A stretch of 64,000 nucleotides of DNA from Deltaproteobacteria bacterium (GTDB lineage Bacteria; Myxococcota_C; UBA6777): positions 37,333 through 101,332 of the forward strand of contig PCBK01000106.1 in NCBI GenBank assembly GCA_002731275.1, read 5' to 3'. The position numbers and the translations under genes are program-made. Within the stretch, counting starts at the first letter, position 1. The number at the start of each line of letters is the position of its first letter. The notes under the pieces are model-generated. The model was given only the letters and a program-made list of their open reading frames with translations. It searched no databases and had not been told where the DNA came from. Positions 30,659 through 39,121 of this stretch are shown in pieces.

Positions 30659-33600
30659 GCTTTTGCCCTCCACCACGGACCTCTATCGGTCGGGTTCGAA
30701 TGGAAACATCGAGGTCTGGATACGAACGCTGAATGTCCACCAACGCTGCGATGTAGGTCGCCTTGTCACCGACAGATTGTGTCATGGACAGCCAGCCAAA
30801 GAGGTCCGCGACAAAGCTCGCGACTTGTTCGCTCTGGGCCGCTTCTCTTTGTAGGAACGCGAGCACGCGCTCCTTTGCGTCACGTCCTTGTTTGACGCGA
30901 CAGAGTACCCGCTTAAAGTAAGGTTCGAGCATCTTAATGGTTCCAGGTTGACCAGATGCAAAGCGTTCGAGATAGTTTGTCACAAAAAACTCCACATTGG
31001 GAGCGGGGTGTTGAGACAATTTTTCGAGATATTCAGGTCCATCCTCTGGACCAAAGAAGCGCGTGATCAACTCCCGACCAAAGCGCTGCACATCATCACG
31101 GACGCTGTCACAGATACCAACAAGAATGGACGCTGTAAGACTGGTTTCGTCGAATTGTTCGCGGTAAAAGTCAAACGCAAAGGAGCGAGAGTCTTCCCAA
31201 TCGACATCCAAGATCCGCAAACCTGAGAGCATATCCATCTTCAAGTCATCGAGACGCTCACGGTACATCCGCCAGCTCACCTCCCTCACAGCACGCAGCT
31301 CATGCCCCGCGAATGTCGCGAGCTGCTTGAGCGAGTAAGTATCGGCAGCAAGAGGTTGCAGCAAAGCCGCGCCAAGATCCTTCGCGTCGTCAGTGAAGGC
31401 AAACAACAATCGCCATATCATCTGCTTGTCGACGTGGGCCTCGGGCGCTTCATACTCATCCCAAAACATCTGACACAGACGCGCATGTTCTCCCTCGAAC
31501 AACTCCCGTCGCAATAACTCACCAATGTGACCATAAACGATGCTTGGCAACGCGTCGGGGCGGGAGAGGATCAACGCCCGAAACAGTTCAAGACCACAAT
31601 CTGCGATGCTTACACGATGATGTGCGCAGCTCCTCAACAAAAAGGACGGACTGTCGAGATGGCTCTCTCTTGGGATACGTTCGAGTAACACGTCGACAAA
31701 GACGGACTCGCCTGGATCGTGGACGCTCTCCTCCTCCAAGGAGACTTTGCGAATCAACCGGGCTCCTAGCAAAACAGCCTGTGCAGGTTGTTCAACACAC
31801 AGCTGTTCGAGCGCAGGCTTGATCACAGCCCGCACATTTTCCTGCACATGTGTCAGCGCTTTTTCAAAGATGTCGAGTTGCTGAAACAGCAATGTACTTG
31901 GTGTTTGCGAAAGTAACGGAGTGAGCAGTGATGAGAAATCCCCATCCTCATTCAAGAGACGTAAACAAAGCGCAACACCCATGTCAGGCTCTTTCGCGAG
32001 TAACCTCTCTGTGATGGGATGCAGAGCATCTTGTACTTCCCGATTGGGATCGACATACAACGAAAAGAGCAAATCTTTTCGTGCAAGCAGCGCGTCATGA
32101 GACAGACCAGACAACATCTCGATCCCAATACGACGGACGCTTGCGTATGGTGATCGAAACAAACCTTCGAACACATCTTCAGGCAAAGAAGAAGGCGCCA
32201 CCTCCTGCAACAAGAGCAGCTCTGCAGCGGCAATCTGAACGGGCTCCAAAGAGTGTGTCAACAGCGTCACGATAGAGCTAAAGGGGAGTCGCTTACATTG
32301 CTCCTCAAAGACCCACAGTAACGTCTGGACGATATCAATTTGGCGCTCGTTCTCTGCAGCGGAATGCTCCCCTTCTCTGATCCCCACGTTGTCACCACCA
32401 GGGAAATGAGCCGCATCTCCAATCGTCACAAGATCAGTACGAAATGGACCCGCTGAACCAGCCGGGTAGCCATGATGTCCAAAGAAATCGCGGACGCGCC
32501 CTTCTACACCTGTAGAGGTATCCAGCGCTGCTCCACAGGCCATCAAACGACTGCAATACGGAACACTCTCCGAGGTCTCGACTGCTCCGTACCGAAATTC
32601 GATATGATGATCACTCTCAAACAAGCAAACCTGGAAGGTGACGATGATATAACTCGATTCATTCGCATAACCAGAGGTCGTACAACGCCATTCGACGACA
32701 CGCACGCGCTCGTCGTTGTGTTTGATCAACTGCGTTCGAACATAACCGTCATGGGCCGTATGGAGATCTGCCCACCAAGGAAACAACCCGACAGCGTTGT
32801 TTTGGCTATACGCATGATAGTTTGAGTAAGTGCTCCCCCAATGTCCAGCAAATGACAACCAACCATTCGAATCTGCGGAAAACTTAGAGTATGATTTGCC
32901 ACCAAAGCGAAAAGAGAACCCGATATTCCACTTGGAGCTGGTCCGATCATCGACATTTGGACCGATCAAACGCTCGGGTTTGTCGAGTGGCAATAAACCA
33001 CCGTCGTTATCAGGCAGACCTTGTCTTCGTCTCTCCAGCTTGTAGCTGTCCAGACTGTGCTTGTCGCCTTCTGCTGTCGGATGAAAGTGGATATTGTATG
33101 CCCCGCCACCAAACGCAGGATCAGTGAGAGAGTTGATGATCAACTGTGAAAACTGCTTTGCAAATCCCTGATACCCCTCCGCGAGACGCTTGAGCAAGTG
33201 ACGTGATGAGAGACGAACCTCTCGGTCCTGATGTGAACACAACAGGTACAACAGGTCTTGCTCTTTGATCAGCAGCGACTCATCGACCTGCTCCAGGACT
33301 TTGAGACCGAGCAAACGCAACGCCCGTTGATTTCTGCTGAGCAAGGCCCTCGCATCTTTAGCGTCTGCGTGTTCAACAGCCAATCGGAGTGCATTCTCCA
33401 AGACACTCTGAATTTCACCCGGTAGCCTCGAATCTTCTGAGAGCTCTTTGCCCAACAACCCCAGCAAAGACGCAAACAAAGCTTTTTGCTCATCGACCTC
33501 AAAGGACGCCGAGTTGAGAAACCCTACGACAAACTGTCGTACATCCTGAAAGTCCGACAGAAGCAAGCCAATGACAAACTCTTTCTTTTTGAGATAGCCT

Positions 33601-35291
33601 TCTCGATGAAGCTCAAGCCAACGCAAACCAAGCTGCCGGTCCGATGGAACAGGACTCGCGAGCAAAGACGGCACCTGCTTGGAGATGGCCTCTTTGTCAT
33701 CCTCAGGGAGCCCTGAAACATCGGACTGTAAGAGTTTCTCAAGCGCAAACGACCGCGTTTGTGTGTAGGGAGCTTTGAAGAGAATGGAGAGCGCATCGGA
33801 TGGAATCTCGTCGCAAAACAATGGATTCTCTTGAAGAACCCGCAAGGCAAAGGCGTGGACCTGCTCGGAGGCACTTTTTTGTAAAAGCCGAAGCGCATAC
33901 TCAGGATGGGAAACCCACAAATCAGGAAACGCCTCTTTCGTCTCAACATCGTCGAGTGCACGAGCCGCACGAACAGCCTCTTGCCAACGATATGAGCCGG
34001 GCCTCGCCGCCTTCAACGCTCTGTCATAGAGAATATGGTTAAACACAACCGCGTCATCGGCGATCGTGTACGCTCGCTCACCACCCTCGACTGAAAATGC
34101 ACGAGGAAACATCCCGCCTTTCAAAGACATATTCAGCTTGATCGTGTATTTCGCATCTCCCCAATAGGACTCATTCTTGACGGCGATACTGTACTGAATG
34201 TCTTTGTACATCATCACTTCCAGACGACGACTTCGATACCCCGACCGACAAGAACCAACAGACTCACCGCTGTGATCCTCGACAGTGAGCGAGGGACAAT
34301 GACCATAGCTGCTGTTTTCAGCCGTCAGGATGTATTTCGCGGTCTGGAAAGGTGTGAATGTGTAGTACTTGGTTTTGCTACTGGCGACAGTCAGCTCATG
34401 ACGCTTGCCAACATCCAAGGGATACGGGGAGCCTTTCTTGCCGTTGGCGGGCCTATTTTGTAGCAAAACCCCACCACTTGAGACCTGCACAGCGCCCTCT
34501 TTGTTGATCGAGACCTTCCGACCATCGAGAACATAGTGAGGCGCACTCGCGAGCAGCTCATCGTCATAGGCAAGCAGCGTGTGTGTCGCCATCTCAAGAT
34601 AGGCATGAGGGTCCGTCGCTGCGAGGCGCCTCAAACTGTGCCAAAGATGACGACGAAGGTGTGTCCGTGTACCAATCGAATAAGCTCTCTCATCGAGATC
34701 AGAGGATTGTGGATCACCCACTGCGAAGGTCTCGTCAAGGCGACGAGAGAGTAAACCAAATACCTCCGCATCGGCCCGATAGATAGAAGCCTTCAGGATC
34801 GAACGAATGGATTGAAAATTCGCCCCCTCCAAAGGAATCGAATCCAACACACGACACAGACCTTTGCGCATATAGGGCGCATCGATCACGTAACAAGTAT
34901 ACAAGTCCAGGTGAGGGTCATTGTTGTTCGACAGTCGACGGATAGCTTTATCAAACTCACTGATCTTCTGAGCGGACTTAAGGGCAGCAGGGAGTCTATC
35001 TCGAAACCCTTGTAGAAAAGTCTCATGGGCTTTTTGATCAGGCTTTGTCAGCGCTCGCAGCGCTTCAGTGACCATATTGGACAAGGCCGCTGGTAACCTG
35101 ACACGTTGTTGTACTTTCTCCAGCGCAGGGATCGCGCTTCCATCTCCGCATCGACCAAGAGCCCAGCAAAGCGCATACGTTTGTGCCTCGGACTCAGCGT
35201 GTTCGAGCAGGGAAAGAAGTCGCCCCACAGCTTTCTTTTGCCGGCGTTTTCCAGCGTTCCAGATCCATGTTGCGTGAGAAAAAGAACTCAT
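30648..35291 (-). CDS. 1547-aa HEAT/ARM-like helical repeat protein with two beta-rich inserts
   Basis: PBS-lyase/HEAT-like signature ALGRCGDGSAIPALEKV near the N-terminus. There are many D/E-x-VR helical repeats. Beta-rich segments lie at about aa 255-390 and aa 725-965. No TM segment or signal peptide. Confidence 0.75.
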   Translation of the reverse strand: MSSFSHATWIWNAGKRRQKKAVGRLLSLLEHAESEAQTYALCWALGRCGDGSAIPALEKVQQRVRLPAALSNMVTEALRALTKPDQKAHETFLQGFRDRLPAALKSAQKISEFDKAIRRLSNNNDPHLDLYTCYVIDAPYMRKGLCRVLDSIPLEGANFQSIRSILKASIYRADAEVFGLLSRRLDETFAVGDPQSSDLDERAYSIGTRTHLRRHLWHSLRRLAATDPHAYLEMATHTLLAYDDELLASAPHYVLDGRKVSINKEGAVQVSSGGVLLQNRPANGKKGSPYPLDVGKRHELTVASSKTKYYTFTPFQTAKYILTAENSSYGHCPSLTVEDHSGESVGSCRSGYRSRRLEVMMYKDIQYSIAVKNESYWGDAKYTIKLNMSLKGGMFPRAFSVEGGERAYTIADDAVVFNHILYDRALKAARPGSYRWQEAVRAARALDDVETKEAFPDLWVSHPEYALRLLQKSASEQVHAFALRVLQENPLFCDEIPSDALSILFKAPYTQTRSFALEKLLQSDVSGLPEDDKEAISKQVPSLLASPVPSDRQLGLRWLELHREGYLKKKEFVIGLLLSDFQDVRQFVVGFLNSASFEVDEQKALFASLLGLLGKELSEDSRLPGEIQSVLENALRLAVEHADAKDARALLSRNQRALRLLGLKVLEQVDESLLIKEQDLLYLLCSHQDREVRLSSRHLLKRLAEGYQGFAKQFSQLIINSLTDPAFGGGAYNIHFHPTAEGDKHSLDSYKLERRRQGLPDNDGGLLPLDKPERLIGPNVDDRTSSKWNIGFSFRFGGKSYSKFSADSNGWLSFAGHWGSTYSNYHAYSQNNAVGLFPWWADLHTAHDGYVRTQLIKHNDERVRVVEWRCTTSGYANESSYIIVTFQVCLFESDHHIEFRYGAVETSESVPYCSRLMACGAALDTSTGVEGRVRDFFGHHGYPAGSAGPFRTDLVTIGDAAHFPGGDNVGIREGEHSAAENERQIDIVQTLLWVFEEQCKRLPFSSIVTLLTHSLEPVQIAAAELLLLQEVAPSSLPEDVFEGLFRSPYASVRRIGIEMLSGLSHDALLARKDLLFSLYVDPNREVQDALHPITERLLAKEPDMGVALCLRLLNEDGDFSSLLTPLLSQTPSTLLFQQLDIFEKALTHVQENVRAVIKPALEQLCVEQPAQAVLLGARLIRKVSLEEESVHDPGESVFVDVLLERIPRESHLDSPSFLLRSCAHHRVSIADCGLELFRALILSRPDALPSIVYGHIGELLRRELFEGEHARLCQMFWDEYEAPEAHVDKQMIWRLLFAFTDDAKDLGAALLQPLAADTYSLKQLATFAGHELRAVREVSWRMYRERLDDLKMDMLSGLRILDVDWEDSRSFAFDFYREQFDETSLTASILVGICDSVRDDVQRFGRELITRFFGPEDGPEYLEKLSQHPAPNVEFFVTNYLERFASGQPGTIKMLEPYFKRVLCRVKQGRDAKERVLAFLQREAAQSEQVASFVADLFGWLSMTQSVGDKATYIAALVDIQRSYPDLDVSIRTRPIEVRGGGQKHAV

Positions 35292-35303
35292 GTGTCAAAG
35301 CCT

Positions 35304-37469
35304 CTAGGAAGTAATGTGCATGATCAAATTGGCAGCAAAATGAGCATGTTGATGGGGAGAAGAGAGGGCTCGTTGGAGGAGCTTGCGGACCTCAAGCTTG
35401 ATCGCTGTATGTGTCGACGTATGTGCGATCTTCACGAGCAACTCTTGTCTCTCAGCGATCGAACTGTCGGACCACTGACGTAGAAGGCGCAAAAACACTT
35501 CTAACGCCTCCTCTTCTTGCAAACCTGCAGCATGTATCCACACTTCATCGGTGATTGAGGAGGGCACACGTCCTTCGAGCATCTTCATGCCAAGTATCTG
35601 TTTGTGTAGATGTTTGTGTTGCAACAAAGCCAACACCAGCTCCAAAGAGAGCACGCGCAATGTACGAGAGAAATGCTTCACCATCATCTCAATGCAAGCG
35701 ATCTCTGCCCCTTTCTTGCCACTGCTGCGTGCAAGCAACGCACCGATCAACATGCGACACAAGGACCGCTCCTTTGTCGGCCCCAACACCGCGACACCAA
35801 AGAAGACATCACCCAAAGCCCGAACTTTCGCGCTCTTGTGAAGCATGAACGCGCCGAGTAAGGCTTGGGAACGAACGAATTTCATGATCTGACGATCGGG
35901 AAGCTCCTTGAGCGACTTCACATTCTCAAGGAGCCAATCGGAGACAAACTCTTGAGCATTCTCGTCCGGTGAAGTCGCGATGATCCCCATAATGGATGCA
36001 TCCCCTGCGCGTTCTTTTGCCATCGAAAAGCCAAGCTCTCGAGGCGCGTCGTAGATGGAGGAGAGCATACACTGCAAATGTTGGTAAGAATAAGCATCAG
36101 GAGACTGCTTCAAAAATCCAACGGCTTCGAGACGTTCATAAGCCATCTTACGGACCAGCTCACTTTGCGCGTCTGTCCAAAGCATCAACACATCTTCTTG
36201 AGAACACGCTTGCCATAGTGATGACATCGACGTCTCTGTCACCAAACGGGACAAACTCCCACCTGCTGCGTCCTGGAAAGCTTCATCAGTCGCCATCGAC
36301 AACATCGACAACACAACACGTTCCCCATCGTGCTCTTCTCTTTCTCGTGCCAATTGCTTCCACAAGTGCTTGCGAAACGTTTTCACGCCCCTTGTGCTAT
36401 ATGGAATATCATCTTTGGTATCGAATAGGCCGAACAAGCAAGCGATACTATCAACATCTCCAAGCAACCACGCCGCGTCGTAGATCTCGCGGAGACACTG
36501 CATCGAGTGTCCCTGGAGCTTGTACTGCTTCATACTCCGACAGAGTGCCCCTCTCAACTCTTTTCCTGCGGTCAAAAACAAAACAAACACAGAGGGTGTC
36601 GTCTCCTCCTCCTCAAGGAGCTGATGAGCGCACTGAACACCCCCCTCAAGATCTCCATTGTTCACGAGCTCTCGCAATGTGGAAGGGAGCTGTTGATTGC
36701 GCTGTACGGTCCACTCATCGAACGCTACAGGTTGGGCTTGCAAGAGGTGAGAGAGTCCGGCATACGCGACACGTGCAAGAGACGTTTTGAGAGGCATCGA
36801 GGCCAAACGTCGAAGTGCTTCAATGGCCTGTTCACCACCACAACGGGACAACGCCCACGCGACATCGTATTGTACGCGGAATCGACTCTGTAGAAGCCGA
36901 CACAGCTTGGGCGTCGCGTCGGCGATGCGCAGTTGTCCAGCACGTCTGATCACACTTGAAAGAGACCACTTTCCGCGCTCTCCAGGCTGGGCTGTCAGAT
37001 AAAAGTCCAACCACTGCAACACAGCCTCCTCGCGACTTGAAGCGCCACGACCTGGGTGCACAACGCGCTCAGAAACGTCCGCATTCTCTTCGCTTGGGGG
37101 AGTCTGTAGCGAAGGAGGTACGACTTCATCGACAGAGACAACTTCATCAGCGACGGGCTCCTCTGAGACGACCTCTTCAGGGGTCGCTTCGCGCCCTAAG
37201 AGGGTGGCATAATCTGTTTCGAGATATTCGGTTGTCTCGACGTACCCTTTGCGAATCTTTTCCTGCACGAGTTTGTCAAATGCTGCCTGTCCCTTGTCAA
37301 GCTCGACAGGTGCTTTGGTTCTTGTCCCATCACGGAGACGATGACCACGTCGTCCATATCGAAAGTTGACAACATATTGTTGCGTGTTCACTTCGCAAAG
37401 TTCGATCTCGTAGACTTTATCGGACTTTCCTTGTTGAAAAGACAAACATTTTTGATGGAGGAGTCTCAT
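35304..37469 (-). CDS. WGR-domain protein with HEAT-like repeat body (721 aa)
   Basis: N-terminal WGR pattern: GKSDKVYEIELCE...YVVNFRYGRRGHRLRDGTRTK...AAFDKLVQEKIRKGY. An acidic linker follows, then the HEAT-like WALSRCGGEQAIEALRRL. First gene of the operon. Confidence 0.8.
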   Translation of the reverse strand: MRLLHQKCLSFQQGKSDKVYEIELCEVNTQQYVVNFRYGRRGHRLRDGTRTKAPVELDKGQAAFDKLVQEKIRKGYVETTEYLETDYATLLGREATPEEVVSEEPVADEVVSVDEVVPPSLQTPPSEENADVSERVVHPGRGASSREEAVLQWLDFYLTAQPGERGKWSLSSVIRRAGQLRIADATPKLCRLLQSRFRVQYDVAWALSRCGGEQAIEALRRLASMPLKTSLARVAYAGLSHLLQAQPVAFDEWTVQRNQQLPSTLRELVNNGDLEGGVQCAHQLLEEEETTPSVFVLFLTAGKELRGALCRSMKQYKLQGHSMQCLREIYDAAWLLGDVDSIACLFGLFDTKDDIPYSTRGVKTFRKHLWKQLAREREEHDGERVVLSMLSMATDEAFQDAAGGSLSRLVTETSMSSLWQACSQEDVLMLWTDAQSELVRKMAYERLEAVGFLKQSPDAYSYQHLQCMLSSIYDAPRELGFSMAKERAGDASIMGIIATSPDENAQEFVSDWLLENVKSLKELPDRQIMKFVRSQALLGAFMLHKSAKVRALGDVFFGVAVLGPTKERSLCRMLIGALLARSSGKKGAEIACIEMMVKHFSRTLRVLSLELVLALLQHKHLHKQILGMKMLEGRVPSSITDEVWIHAAGLQEEEALEVFLRLLRQWSDSSIAERQELLVKIAHTSTHTAIKLEVRKLLQRALSSPHQHAHFAANLIMHITS

Positions 37470-37598
37470 AAAACGACCTATGTGACAAAGATATCAACCA
37501 AACGACAAACACTTAGCTGCTTGTGGTTTTTGTGGAGTTGACAATGGTGTGCAAGCTCACGACCTGGCGCATCGAGAAGGCACGTTCAATCTAGGGCA

Positions 37599-37685
37599 GT
37601 GAGAAGACTTACTCTACTGGAGTCCCAGTCGCAGAGTCAAGTCTTTCACCGCTCTTTTCACTCCGAGACGAAGGAGTATAGAGCG
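37599..37685 (-). ncRNA. candidate structured RNA: two adjacent hairpins in the leader of the WGR-to-RT operon
   Basis: Hairpin 1 (37599-37649) has 21 Watson-Crick pairs in four segments (4+7+5+5) with a 4-nt loop (agtc). Hairpin 2 (37650-37685) has 6+5 bp and an 8-nt loop. No U-tract follows on the minus strand. Strand and function are not established. Confidence 0.3.
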
Positions 37686-37775
37686 AGTCAGTCTGACGAC
37701 GAACTGGTAAAGGTGCAGGAAGATGCAGAAAGGAAGGAAGAGAACGAAGGGTCGGACGATTAAACAGGGAGCGTC

Positions 37776-38864
37776 TTAGGAGAAGATGTCGACGTTTTTG
37801 AGATCTTCACAGGCTTTGGTGAGGCGAGCGACAAAAGCGTCTTCACCGAAACGCAACCATTTGCGTGGATCGTAGTATTTTTTATTGGGTTTGTCGTCAC
37901 CTTCAGGGTTTCCGAGCTGGGCCTGGAGGTAATCTTTGTTGTCTTTGTAGTACCCGTGCACACCATCCCAAAATGCCCACTGCAAGTCCGTGTCGATGTT
38001 CATTTTGATGACACCGTAGTTGATGGCTTCGCGGATCTCTTCGAGGGTCGAACCAGAACCACCGTGGAACACGAAGTGGATGGGCTTCTCACCTGTCTTG
38101 AAGGTCTCTTGGATGTGTTTTTGTGTGTTGTCGAGGATAATGGGTCTGAGTTCGACGTTTCCGGGCTTATACACACCGTGAACGTTCCCAAAAGCCGCAG
38201 CGACAGTGAACTTGTCGCTGACCTTCATCAACTCTTCATAGGCATAAGCGACTTCTTGGGGTTGTGTGTAAAGGCGGGCGCTGTCGACGTCAGTGTTATC
38301 GACACCATCTTCTTCCCCACCGGTCACACCCAGCTCGATCTCAAGTGTCATGCCCATCTTGGACATTCTTTCGAGATAGCGCTTGCTGATCTCGATGTTT
38401 TCTTCGAGTGTTTCTTCGGACAGGTCGAGCATGTGTGAACTGTAAAGAGGCTTACCGTGCACTTTGTAAAACTCTTCGCCAGCGTCGAGGAGACCGTCAA
38501 TCCAGGGCAACAACTTCTTGGCAGCGTGGTCGGTGTGCAAGACAACACGTGCGCCATACAATTCAGCCATTTGGTGGACGTGATGCGCGCCAGAGACTGC
38601 ACCTGCAATGGCGGAACGGTGATCTGTATTTTTCAACCCTTTTCCGGCGAAAAATTGTGCACCACCATTTGAAAACTGGATAATGATAGGCGAATTGACA
38701 GCTACGGCTGTTTCGAGGACGCTGTTGACAGAGCTTGTGTTTACGACATTGGCTGCTGGCATAGCGAATTGTTTGGTCTTTGCGTAGTTGAGAAGCTCGG
38801 TGAGGTCGTCACCCACGATCACACCAGCTGGAAAACGTTCCTTCAGTGAAGTCTGTTCGGACAT
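37776..38864 (-). CDS. fbaA: class II fructose-bisphosphate aldolase
   Basis: Motifs IIQFSNGGA, HTDHAAK, LEIELGVTGGEEDG and FVFHGGSGS. The ATG at 38864 follows an AGAGGAAAG SD. The 33 upstream codons of the tracked ORF are unlikely to be translated. Confidence 0.9.
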   Translation of the reverse strand: MSEQTSLKERFPAGVIVGDDLTELLNYAKTKQFAMPAANVVNTSSVNSVLETAVAVNSPIIIQFSNGGAQFFAGKGLKNTDHRSAIAGAVSGAHHVHQMAELYGARVVLHTDHAAKKLLPWIDGLLDAGEEFYKVHGKPLYSSHMLDLSEETLEENIEISKRYLERMSKMGMTLEIELGVTGGEEDGVDNTDVDSARLYTQPQEVAYAYEELMKVSDKFTVAAAFGNVHGVYKPGNVELRPIILDNTQKHIQETFKTGEKPIHFVFHGGSGSTLEEIREAINYGVIKMNIDTDLQWAFWDGVHGYYKDNKDYLQAQLGNPEGDDKPNKKYYDPRKWLRFGEDAFVARLTKACEDLKNVDIFS

Positions 38865-39121
38865 CTTCTTTCCTCTGTCGATTGAATGGTTAAAAAAGTA
38901 CCCAACTTCTTGAGAAAGATGGGTAGGATCAATTCGAAACAGAGCGTAACCAAAAAGCCTCAAAGGTCAAGTGAAAACAAAAACAATTGTAAGAAAACAG
39001 CAACATCACTTGCGTTCGTGATGAGATGCGATACCCTATCCTCACATACCACCATCACAAAGCCCTGACGCTCACCTCGCGTTTTGATGAGACAGGTCTT
39101 TGCACACAATAGGAATCTGGA

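Noticed and set aside
37599-37685. The tandem hairpins as the intrinsic terminator of fbaA.
   Set aside because: Not fully rejected. They begin about 90 nt after the fbaA stop and are not followed by a U-tract on the minus strand. The only T-rich stretch follows hairpin 1 on the plus strand, where there is no gene to terminate.
37470-37775. A classical retron msr/msd with flanking a1/a2 inverted repeats.
   Set aside because: I compared both sides of the hairpins by eye and found no complementary 8-15-nt flanks and no obvious branching-G context. The element is therefore reported only as a candidate structured RNA.
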